Part shown: one piece after another, positions 41,744-53,069 of the stretch | How the letters are laid out: every line of letters begins with the position of its first letter | Numbering within the stretch: the first letter of the stretch is position 1 | From: Eledone cirrhosa | Taxonomy: Eukaryota | Length of the DNA: 64,000 bases | Direction of reading: 5' to 3' | Assembly (NCBI GenBank): GCA_964016885.1 | Contig: OZ024740.1 | Span: forward strand, 357,616,001-357,680,000 | Notes under the pieces: generated by a model | Databases searched by the model: none | What the model saw: only the letters and a program-made list of their open reading frames with translations | What the model was told of the DNA's origin: nothing | Program-made: the position numbers and the translations under genes

Positions 41744-42188
41744 TCTGTTTGTGTGTTTATTTTGTGATACTTTGCATCCTGGTTTGACAATTACATATTG
41801 TTAAAACCAATCTCCAACATTAAAACAGATCTCCAACATTGTCTCATCCCGGTGACTAAAAGTAATGAATGAATGAAAGAAATATATACAGGTAGTATGT
41901 ATAATCCTACATCTGGTTATGTTACTTATGTTTTCTTTTCCCTTTTACTGTCACATCATATTATTGATTGCTAACAAGATCACGTGGTCACAATTATGGA
42001 TTGTAGATGGTTTGGGATATACTACAGAGTAGTATAGGTTTGCAAACTCTGAACACACAACTAAATTGCACAAGTATTTTGATCTCTATTGACGCTGTTA
42101 ATACCACTCACTTTGTTTTGTATATCATGTCTTATCTTCTAAATTAGAAATTTTTATCGCTAAGAATTTATTATTTCTTTACTTTCAG

Positions 42189-42275
42189 AAAGAGAAGAAT
42201 TCAGTATTTAGAGAAACAAAAAGAGAAAATGGTTTATTTGAGGGTCATGCATACAGCATTACTAAAGTAGCCCAG
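42189..42275 (+). CDS. Calpain exon with catalytic His: KEKNSVFRETKRENGLFEGHAYSITKVAQ
   Basis: tttcag| ... CAG|gtcagt; GL..GHAYS motif. Confidence 0.95.
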
Positions 42276-43055
42276 GTCAGTTTGAACATTATACATTTTC
42301 ACTATATATTATCTATATATAAATTTGGGAAACTTCTGTCTATCCATCACACACTGTGTGTGTGTTTGTGTGAATATATGGGTGTATAAAAGAAAGGAAG
42401 GGGATGATGGAAAAACTATAGCAAAACAGCAGCTGGCGTTTCATTATAACAAAATTCACTGGGAATAAAAAAAATAATTTGTTGTAACGAAAAATTCTTT
42501 ATAATGAGATCGACCTAACATATCAAGCATGTGGCCAGGGATTGGAAAAAATGTTGTTATACTGAAAAATTTGTTATAATGGTATTCATTATTACGGAAT
42601 TTTACATACATATATGCATACAAACAGATGCATGATATACATATATATATATATATATATATCATCATCATCATCGTTTAACGTCTATCTTCCACACTAG
42701 CATATACATATATATAATGAAACCCCATGGGGTAGAAACGTAATCTTGGTATGTTTATATACATTTTTTCTTCTAACTTTGAGTTTATAACTAATTGTGT
42801 ATGGTTCACAATATATTTAATCGATTTCCACATGCTATTGAAATGCTGGGTAAATATTCTATAGCAGTTGATCGCGAATAGATGGCTGTCGTTTATTTAT
42901 CTATTATTTCTTCATAGGTGCCTTTTAATCTTATAGCCTCGTTTAATTGGTTTTTTGTGTGGTTGATTATGCTGATTGGAAGAGGAGATGGTGTATATAT
43001 TTTATCATATGATTCTATGGACATACTTTATTGTATATAAATATGTGTGTGTGTG

Positions 43056-43088
<33 letters not shown>

Positions 43089-43347
43089 ATATATATATAT
43101 CAAAGGTATATATTGAGTTAGAAACTCAAAATAGTCTTTTACAATTAAATAGCTCAAGGAAAGAGGTTTTTCCAAGCCGTGTAATATAATTGAATATAAA
43201 ACAGAGATAAACACAGATATATACATATATGTGTTCAAATCGTAAGGGTGAAAAAAATACTAACTATGAACAATAGGGTTTGCCAGACTCAATTTTTAAA
43301 AATAAATCAAGAAAAGAAGTACAAACCGATATTGTGGCAACTGCCAG

Positions 43348-43425
43348 ACACCCAGACGGCTTGGTATTGCTGTTTCACAATTTTAGTGAAGGGAATTACC
43401 ATTACTTTTGCTCATCAGTGGGTGT
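43348..43425 (-). ncRNA. Type I hammerhead with full stem III, partly decayed
   Basis: ACACCCA-CUGAUGA-GCAA...UUGU-GAAA-CAGC(AAUACCAA)GCC-GUC^UGGGUGU; perfect 7-bp stem I. Confidence 0.7.
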
Positions 43426-43629
43426 AAAATTAGTAAACCCTTCACTTCTAAGTATCTCAGAAGACTGAATAGTGTGCGTATATAAAATAACGCACATGGA
43501 ATCAGAACATAGCGTGTCTCATAAACGTAAACTACTAAAAATAGCATCCAAGTTTACTCGACATTTAAATTAGCTCTACAAATTAAAGGAGCTGAATATA
43601 TATATATATATAATTCATCGAAAAATGAG

Positions 43630-43831
43630 AAAACTCATTGCTGGAACAGCTGTTCATATAGCCAAATGCTGTCAATGACAGCAATGGGCAAAAATACCTC
43701 AGAGGATAGAGACCAGCGGATTATCTCTCTGCCGACCACTAGTTTCTGATCTCTGTCCTCTGAGGTATTTTGCCCATCGCTATCATTGACAGCATTTGGC
43801 TGTTTTAACGGCTGCTCTAGTGATGAGTTTT
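43630..43831. repeat. ~87-bp-arm inverted repeat (hairpin/MITE-like)
   Basis: aaaactcat...agccaaatgctgtcaatga...tgggcaaaaatacctcagagga...cag versus its reverse complement, with a ~30-nt loop. Confidence 0.9.
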
Positions 43832-45228
43832 ATCTGAATTCAAATATAGTCCTGCTTCGTCTCAATCAGAGATAACAATGTTTATTCATTTATATATATT
43901 TATACATGTATGTGTGTGTGGCTTAGATATTTTTCTGACTATAGGTGTATTTTCTATGTTATGGTAGTGATGGTCTGTGTAAATTCCTTGCGAAGGTGAT
44001 CTTCATTAGGGGAGGTAACTTTTTAAAGGGACATAACTCAATTAATTCAGATAATTTGTTGATAATTTGTTTAATAAAGAGCAATGAAACTAACCTTATT
44101 GCTTGTATTGATATATTTGATTAAAAGCCCTTGAATACCTTTAATCGAACATTTCAAAATTGCTGTGTATTTTTTCTTGTGACACTGAGTGTAAAAATGT
44201 CTTGTAATTCCTTTTAGTTTAACATATAACCGATTTCATTTTACGTTCATCATATCACCCTCCTTATAACATATGGAATATTGTTAGTGAACAAACTTGA
44301 TAAAATGCAAAATTCCAAAACACAAATATGCATGCTTTTTTAAATTTATAATATACGCAGTTGTTATGTTATTTATGTATATATTTAAAACATATTTGCA
44401 ACATTATTCTACGGTAAATGTATACAATTGTAATAAAATATCTTTTTCAACATAATAAGAACAAAAGCATCTAATATTTTAGTGATTGGTTATGTTAGAT
44501 ATGCAAAATGATAGTAGCGGTGCTTAACGAATGCAGAAAACATGTGCTGACATTCTATTGGGTAGTTAATTGTTTAGATAAATAGAAATTAACAGTTGGC
44601 CATTACAGGGAAATATATTGAGAATTGAAAGATTACTTAACTTTTGAAACAAAGATTTACAAGAGTTCCCAGTGGAAGAAAGCAGCAGTAGATGAAGACC
44701 AAGGAAGAGCTGGGCAGAAGTGATGAGAACATATCTCAATTTTCTGAACCTCAGAGAGGAAATGACCAAGAAATGTAACAAGTGAAGGAAAGCTGTGCTG
44801 GAAAAGAACTGTCCAACCCATGCAAGCATAGAAAGAATAATTTTAAAAAATTATGATGATGTTAAACATCAGGTCTCATATTTTGTTTTTACTAGACTCA
44901 TTCATTTTTTATTCTAAATTCAATTGAGATATTAATTGTTTTACGCACCAATTTAAGCCCTTTGATAGCAAACCGCCTGAAATAGCCCCTGGTTCAATGA
45001 TGCAAAACTGTTTGTTTTAAAGTGTTAATATTCATTTAAAATGATAATTATATTTAAGAATTTTTGTTAAGTTTTGTTCCAAACATTAACTTAATAATGA
45101 AAAAGTTATATTTGAAAATCATTGGCAGTGTATTTCCTTAGGAATATGGCAATGGAAGAGAAACATGACTCAAACCACATATCTTAGTATTTAATTAATT
45201 TTAGATTGAAATACTACTCTCTTTCTAG

Positions 45229-45314
45229 TTGGAATTAAATAACAAAGTGCATAATTTGCTGCGCCTCAGAAACCCATGGGGAAAAGGGGAATGGACTGGC
45301 CCCTGGTCTGATAC
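45229..45314 (+). CDS. Calpain exon with catalytic Asn: LELNNKVHNLLRLRNPWGKGEWTGPWSD(T)
   Basis: ttctag| ... AC|gtaagt; RLRNPWG..EW.G.WSD motif. Confidence 0.97.
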
Positions 45315-45450
45315 GTAAGTCACATTATTTATTCTCAGTATATATTAAATATTTTAAATTCTAAACTTAACAATATATTCCTTAATAAATATAATTAATA
45401 TAACAGGAATCAATGTAATTCAATCCAAAATGACATATCAGGTCATATAT

Positions 45451-46838
45451 ACTAGTTGCATCGCCAAACTGATGGAATCCTGTGTCAGAGAAACACTTTG
45501 GAACTTCTGGAGCTCTCACAGTCTTATCCGGCCCTCGCAATTTGGATTTATCCCCAACTCCAGCTGCTGTGATCAACTTATAGAGTTTCTTGAGGACATC
45601 ACCCGGATCACTGATGGCGGCTCATGGGTGGATGCTGTTTACCTTGACTTTGCGAAGGCCTTCAATTCTGTGCCACACAAAAGGCTTATGGCAAAACTCT
45701 CTGCAATGGGTGTGAAGGATGATCTTTTTAACTGGTTGAAGTCCTTCATTCTCAGTCGAAGAGAGGTAGTCACGGTTCTGGGACAGCATTCCTCACCATA
45801 TGAGATGTCATCTGGTGTACCACAGGGATCTGTTCTTGGCTCCCTTTTGTTTGTGGCATATATTAATGACATAGATGCCAACTTAAGGAATGCCACAGTA
45901 CTAAAGTACGCAGACGACATCAAGCTGTACCTTGAGATAAAAAGGACATATCCTGAACACTATAGATCTTGCTTGCAGTCTGACCTGGACACAATGCAAC
46001 AATGGATCTCAGACTGGCAACTCAAGCTAGCTGTGGACAAGTGCACCACCATGCATTTTGGGAGTAAAAACCCAGCGTCCACATACTCCCTCCACAGCAC
46101 TAATATCAAGAAGTCTTCCTGTGAACGTGACCTGGGCATTACGGTCAGCAGCGATTTGCGTTGGACGAGGCACATCTCTAAAATTGTCAAGAGGGCCGAG
46201 GGTGTCTTAGCATCACTCAGCAAGACCTTTGTCAGCCGCTCTCCAGATATCTATTTAAGGCTGTATACCACTATGGTGCGACCACACTTAGAATTTGCAT
46301 CACCAGTCTGGAACCCCCATCTTGCTCAGGACATTGACCGCCTGGAAACTGTTCAGAGACGTGCAACCAAGCGAATACCCTCCATCAGGCATCTACCATA
46401 CTCTGAGCGCCTTGCTTCCCTGGGCATGGATTCATTGAAGCTCCGACGCCTGGCAACTGACTTGGTAAACACCCACAAAATTGTTAACCATGTTGCCAAC
46501 AACAACCCTGAGTACCTTTTTGATTTCCATGTATCTAACACACGTGGACATGCCCACAAAGTAAGAAAACAGCACAGTTCCCATGACTTTCGGAAACATT
46601 TTTCACGCTCAGAGTTGCTGAAGCATGGAACAAACTACCTGCATCAGTTGTTAGCTGTCGAGACACTGCATCCTTTAAGGCCTCCATGCTTCCCGAGATC
46701 CGCCAACACTACAGCTAACACATACACACATGTACTTCCCTGACATTTGTGTATTATTCTATGTACTATATTGACGAGTTGTAGTGCACCTGAGCACTTT
46801 ACACAATAATTTCATTATTATTATTATTATTATTATAT
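45451..46838 (+). mobile_element. 5'-truncated CR1/L2-group LINE with open RT frame
   Basis: YLDFAKAF, GVPQGSVLG, YADD, ERDLG, VRPHLE, QRRATK and TRGH motifs; (TTA)n tail. Confidence 0.92.
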
Positions 46839-47915
46839 TATATGCATATCCGATGTGCTGAGTTTATGAGCTGGTTGTCATTTTTATTATTTACTACCAT
46901 GTTACAAATCTGTTTAAAAACGTTGAGTGAGGCTACCCAACAACAATAATACCAACAATACTCTATTGTTTACCAATCTATTCTGCATCAGCAATGAATA
47001 TTTTAAACTCTCCTAGCTATTTTCACAAAAGCAAGGAAACTGGAAATTTCAGCACTCATACCAAGAACTTTAACAGAGTAAATGAAGTTTAATGAAGTGA
47101 AATGACTGCAGACAGAGACTAACGTTGGGTGAAAGACACAGCTCACTAACTTGGAATCAATAGGACTTTGTCTCTCCAATGTTATCTTCACATACTTTTA
47201 AAACTATCTATTTTAATACCTATAGGCCTATATTTCAGAATCTTTGTCCTCACTTATGATACTTGGAAATGGATAAAACAGAATTTTAAATCTTGTTTGA
47301 TTTTTCTGATGCATCTTTAGAGAAAGAAAAAGGGTCCACATTATAGAAGCTGTAATAATTTGTGAAGTAGAGAAGTTTCAACAGCTTTATGTCATTGAAA
47401 TCACCATTAACAAATTGAACTCCTAGTAATTTTACTGATTTCAGGAATTTTACTAGAAGACTATAAACTAGAGAGGTTTCTCTATTGCCTATCTGAGGTT
47501 CATATAAAGACCTAAATAGTGTACTACAAGCTAACCAAATATTCATTAATCATACAATGTCCCTGTTACTCCCAACATTGAACTGTGCCTGCATATGCAC
47601 CTATTTACAGCTGAATGGAGTGAGCTCATGAGAAATATATTGCTTCTGCAAGATATGTGTCACAGTGAGGGTATATCAAGCATCAACTCTTCAGTTGACC
47701 AACTGACACTCTACCAACACAGACAACTGTAATTCTTTCATAGAGCAGTTTAATGTCGATAGTGATGAGATAGACATCATACTAAATCATTTTTAATCTA
47801 TCTTAATAGTTTGTCCTTTTAGAAAATCCTTTTAAAAGCATAGCCCTAAAGAATTACATAATTGAGACATTAAATATACATAATAGTAATAATATATAAT
47901 TTTGTTTTGAAATAG

Positions 47916-47993
47916 ATCATACGAAATGAAAAATCTATCTGCCGACAAGAAAAAAGAACTTGAACTTGTTAAAGAAAATGATGGGGAGTTCTG
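47916..47993 (+). CDS. Calpain exon: (T)SYEMKNLSADKKKELELVKENDGEF(W)
   Basis: aatag| ... TG|gtaagt; DGEFW motif. Confidence 0.95.
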
Positions 47994-49645
47994 GTAAGTC
48001 TTCTTTTAAATTATTTTCAGTTTAAAACAACAAAAATGTTGTTGGTGAAAAAACTGTCACTTTTAATAGGCAATCATATATATAGATATTCATAGATAAA
48101 AGAAAGATGAACACAGATATATACATATATGTGTTCAAATCGTAAGGGACCAGATTCGCTAAGGTGAAAAGAATACTAACTATAGACAAGCGTGAAAAAT
48201 GGACATTAAACAATAATTGTTTCTACATTAGGCACAAGGCCAGCAATTACCCAGTGCATTACTGGTACTTTATTTTATCGACCCCGTAAGGATGAAAGGC
48301 AAAGTTAAACTTGGCGGGATTTTAACTCAGAATGGCAAGGGCCGTAACTCTATATGTCAAAGCATGGCGTCCGACCCTCTACCAATACTGCCAATAATGA
48401 GGATGATAATGATGAGAAATAACATAGACTACAGAGAACTCTTTAGTCTTACAATGAATAAAGAAAACCTCTTCCTCTTTCTTTCTCATGCTGGTGCCAA
48501 GATAAAAAGCATTCAGTATATGGTTAACAAATGAACAAAGTCGTTTGGAGAAGACATTTTAATTACATTGAGAATATAACAACTTCTCTGTTGTGAGTGC
48601 CTTGATAGAATGTACTCCATCATCATCATCATTTAACATTCATTTTTCACTACTAGCAAGAGTTGGATGGGTTTTCACAGACTGATTCAATACTCAAGTG
48701 GGGTTCCAAACCTCCCAAATAAGCCAGGGGTCTAATCTCACTCATATATGGCCCCATGCTCTACTGGGTGCATTTTATCATGGAACCAGTACTATAAAGG
48801 TTGTCATGTCTTTGACACAACTGAAGGGAGTCCCCCAAACCTTTGTTTGGCAAGCTTTCTATGGCTGGATGCCCTTCCTATCAATATCCACTTTACACAG
48901 CATGTACTGAATGCATTTATTGTACAGATCACCAAAATTAGAGCATTTGTTGCACTCTTAAACAACTGAAGAGTCCTCTCAATGGGGGAGAGGGTACTCA
49001 CCAGTGTGTCAGGAATTTTGGGTAGTGTGAAGTGGTTAAGAGAATAACTAAGGAGTGGTAGAGGAGAGTGCATGGCCAGGATGGGGTGCACAGGGATGAG
49101 ATAGTGAAGGTATCTTAGGACATTAGTGGAATGGAATAACTAATGAATAATAGTGGAGGGAGCATGGATGGGATGATGGGGGTTCAGTGATGGTGAGGAT
49201 AGCTACAAGGGAGTGTTAGTGGATGGAGTGAGAGACACGAGGATGCATCATGTCACATTTCATGCTAGCAGATGGGTCTTGACCAGCACAGCTTAGTGTC
49301 AGCCTTCATAGTCCTTTGTCATCTCTGTTGTGAGGTTTAGCTTCTTGATGTGAGGAAGGAAATCCAGCCATAGAAATTATGCCAAAAATATTTTTCCTGG
49401 TGTAGACCTCCAGCCTATTTAGGAGGTCAGTAACTCCAAATAAGAACTGACTCAAACTGTGTCGACCCATTCAACTCATACCAGCATGGAAAACGAATTT
49501 TAAATGATGTTGATGATGATGATGATCATGCTGTATATTTAGATATATGGAAGCTAATATGTGAATGTGTGTGTATGCATGTAGTCTGCGTCAAATTTAA
49601 ACCTATGAAAATATTTTTTTATCCATTCTACTGCAAATTATTCAG

Positions 49646-49739
49646 GATGAGTTATGATGATTTCATTAAGAATTTTGATGCATTAACATTCTGTCATATT
49701 CATCCTGATGGAGTATTAAAGGAAGTTGAAAATAATCTG
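49646..49739 (+). CDS. Calpain exon: (W)MSYDDFIKNFDALTFCHIHPDGVLKEVENNL
   Basis: ttcag| ... CTG|gtaagt; WMS..DF...F..L..C motif ending CysPc. Confidence 0.93.
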
Positions 49740-49840
49740 GTAAGTATCTTCTCGTTTTTTTTTTTATATATATGTATATTGATTCAATTGTATATATACA
49801 TCATATGTGTGTGTACGTGTCAACAATGCCTGAGATGATC

Positions 49841-49890
<50 letters not shown>

Positions 49891-50003
49891 CACATATATA
49901 TATAAATTTATATATATATATATTTATATATATATATACACACACATATATATATAATGTAATGTTCATCTCAGGCATATAATGTATGCATATATATATA
50001 AAA

Positions 50004-50063
<60 letters not shown>

Positions 50064-50371
50064 TATCTATCTATCTCTATATATAGAGAGAGATAGATAT
50101 GTGTGTTGTATTGAAGCGAATAACTATGTGTATACTCTGGGAATGTATCCTACATTGCCTATTGAGTACGCTGAAATACAACCAGTCCTGGCATTGATAA
50201 ATATAATGGGTCCGTCAACTCCTTATTATATATATATATATAAATAAATATTTGCTCTACGGTTTTATATATCTTATATATATATATTATCCTTATCGAG
50301 CCCTCTTCAGATTTTAGTCTTCACATTTATTATTATTACTATATATATATGTATATGCATATATGTATGCA

Positions 50372-50675
50372 TATCATCATCATTTCGTTTTAAGTCCGCT
50401 TTTTCTCTGCTTGCAAGGGTGGGATGGGAACTGATTCTGGCTTGATTTCTACAGCTGGATGCCCTTCCTAACACCAACCTCATTTACAGACCACTTTGCA
50501 GTGGAATGATATGGACCCCAGTCCCTATCATCTCATTTCTACAGCTGAGTAAACTGGAACAATGTGAAATAAAGTGTCTTGCTCAAGGAAACAACACATC
50601 ACCCGGTCTGAGAATTCAACTCACAACCTTTCAATTGCCAGGCCAATGCTCTAACCACTAAGCCATGTGCCTCCA
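50372..50675 (-). mobile_element. Second copy of the V-like/RTE-tail SINE
   Basis: Close reverse-complement match to 26798-27138 with an internal deletion. Confidence 0.85.
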
Positions 50676-50934
50676 ATATATATATTTATTTATATATATA
50701 TATTTATATATACAATTAAGTTAAAAATGTACATCCACATATGTATACTGAAATACTAGTATGCATATGAATACACACACGTGTACATATGTAGATGTAC
50801 CGAGTTTTTCACTGGACACTTTACTGTGAGTGTCCAGCTATTCTGTATGTAAACACACAGACAAACCGGTTTTTAGAGTCATACTGGTTTTCGAGGAAAC
50901 ACCTTTCCTCTATTCTCCAGAAAGCCAGACAAGG

Positions 50935-50979
50935 AATATTGGACTAGTTTCGATGTTGTTACATCTCATCAGCAATATT
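50935..50979 (-). ncRNA. Type I hammerhead ribozyme, array copy 1
   Basis: AAUAUUG-CUGAUGA-GAUGU(AACA)ACAUC-GAAA-CUA-GUC^CAAUAUU on the minus strand. Confidence 0.9.
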
Positions 50980-51400
50980 TACCTATCTTCCGGCCTTTCT
51001 AGAGAATCGTAAAAGCACATATCGTTATATGCTTTTTCTATGAAAATTAGTAGTGGGCAGACTAATTTGCATAGAGCGTGAGTACATACCGGTTCAGCGG
51101 AGACGATAAAAACAAATAACGAAACGAAATTAAATTTCGTTTCGTTTGTAACTCACGTTTGTATGACTGACGCTTAAACAATTAAGTTAAAAATGTACAT
51201 CCACATATGTATACTGAAATACTAGTATGCATATGAATACACACACGTGTACATATGTAGATGTACCGAGTTTTTCACTGGACACTTTACTGTGAGTGTC
51301 CAGCTATTCTGTATGTAAACACACAGACAAACCGGTTTTTAGAGTCATACTGGTTTTCGAGGAAACACCTTTCCTCTATTCTCCAGAAAGCCAGACAAGG

Positions 51401-51445
51401 AATATTGGACTAGTTTCGATGTTGTTACATCTCATCAGCAATATT
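51401..51445 (-). ncRNA. Type I hammerhead ribozyme, array copy 2
   Basis: Identical motif 466 bp from copy 1. Confidence 0.9.
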
Positions 51446-51977
51446 TACCTATCTTCCGGCCTTTCTAGAGAATCGTAAAAGCACATATCGTTATATGCTT
51501 TTTCTATGAAAATTAGTAGTGGGCAGACTAATTTGCATAGAGCGTGAGTACATACCGGTTCAGCGGAGACGATAAAAACAAATAACGAAACGAAATTAAA
51601 TTTCGTTTCGTTTGTAACTCACGTTTGTATGACTGACGCTTAAACAATTAAGTTAAAAATGTACATCCACATATGTATACTGAAATACTAGTATGCATAT
51701 GAATACACACACGTGTACATATGTAGATGTACCGAGTTTTTCACTGGACACTTTACTGTGAGTGTCCAGCTATTCTGTATGTAAACACACAGACAAACCG
51801 GTTTTTAGAGTCATACTGGTTTTCGAGGAAACACCTTTTCCTTGTTTTTATCGTCTCCGCTGAACCGGTATGTACTCACGCTCTATGCAAATTAGTCTGC
51901 CCACTACTAATTTTCATAGAAAAAGCATATAACGATATGTGCTTTTACGATTCTCTAGAAAGGCCGGAAGATAGGTA

Positions 51978-52022
51978 AATATTGCTGATGAGATGTAACA
52001 ACATCGAAACTAGTCCAATATT
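51978..52022 (+). ncRNA. Type I hammerhead ribozyme, array copy 3
   Basis: Stem I aatattg/caatatt, CTGATGA at 51985-51991, stem II gatgt/acatc, GAAA at 52006-52009, predicted cleavage after C52015. Confidence 0.9.
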
Positions 52023-52443
52023 CCTTGTCTGTCTTTCTGGAGAATAGAGGAAAGGTGTTTCCTCGAAAACCAGTATGACTCTAAAAACCGGTTTGTCTGT
52101 GTGTTTACATACAGAATAGCTGGACACTCACAGTAAAGTGTCCAGTGAAAAACTCGGTACATCTACATATGTACACGTGTGTGTATTCATATGCATACTA
52201 GTATTTCAGTATACATATGTGGATGTACATTTTTAACTTAATTGTTTAAGCGTCAGTCATACAAACGTGAGTTACAAACGAAACGAAATTTAATTTCGTT
52301 TCGTTATTTGTTTTTATCGTCTCCGCTGAACCGGTATGTACTCACGCTCTATGCAAATTAGTCTGCCCACTACTAATTTTCATAGAAAAAGCATATAACG
52401 ATATGTGCTTTTACGATTCTCTAGAAAGGCCGGAAGATAGGTA

Positions 52444-52488
52444 AATATTGCTGATGAGATGTAACAACATCGAAACTAGTCCAATATT
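52444..52488 (+). ncRNA. Type I hammerhead ribozyme, array copy 4
   Basis: Identical motif; predicted cleavage after C52481. Stem I extends over 52416-52511. Confidence 0.9.
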
Positions 52489-53069
52489 CCTTGTCTGGCT
52501 TTCTGGAGAATAGAGGAAAGGTGTTTCCTCGAAAACCAGTATGACTCTAAAAACCGGTTTGTCTGTGTGTTTACATACAGAATAGCTGGACACTCACAGT
52601 AAAGTGTCCAGTGAAAAACTCGGTACATCTACATATGTACACGTGTGTGTATTCATATGCATACTAGTATTTCAGTATACATATGTGGATGTACATTTTT
52701 AACTTAATTGTTTAAGCGTCAGTCATACAAACGTGAGTTACAAACGAAACGAAATTTAATTTCGTTTCGTTATTTGTATTTATATATATATTTATATATA
52801 TATATATATTTTAACCTGTTAGTTCTTTCGTTACTTTGGTATTGTGTGGTTGGGTTTTGCCTACCGCAATGTTCAATTTGTCAAGCTATTTAAACGTATG
52901 TAATTACTCTAAGGACCTACCCTTATTGAGTGCTTTGCTAACACATTCCTATTCTAGGTCGACTTTGCTTGGCCACAGCAAAAGCTTCGATTTTACTAAG
53001 CTTCCACTTGTATATATATTTATATATATATATTTATATATATATTTATATATATATATATATATTTAT

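Larger units (their letters stand above)
50712..52777. mobile_element. 466-bp tandem and inverted repeat array carrying hammerhead ribozymes (retrozyme-like non-autonomous retroelement)
   Basis: About 2.4 units in one orientation (50712-~51838) joined to 2.0 inverted units (~51842-52777). Period 466 bp; units near-identical (one substitution seen, at 52032); (TA)n on both flanks. Confidence 0.85.

Noticed and set aside
41192-41767. 191-aa + strand ORF
   Set aside because: Antisense to a decayed RTE and extended by (TA)n.
51065-51072. Octamer ATTTGCAT in the 466-bp unit, suggesting a tandem snRNA gene
   Set aside because: No recognisable snRNA, SL or 5S sequence in the unit; the hammerhead explains the unit better.
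50830-52593. Four repeated 60-aa ORFs (MSSYSVCKH...)
   Set aside because: They use non-ATG starts, have no recognisable motif, run antisense to the ribozyme strand, and recur only because the unit repeats.
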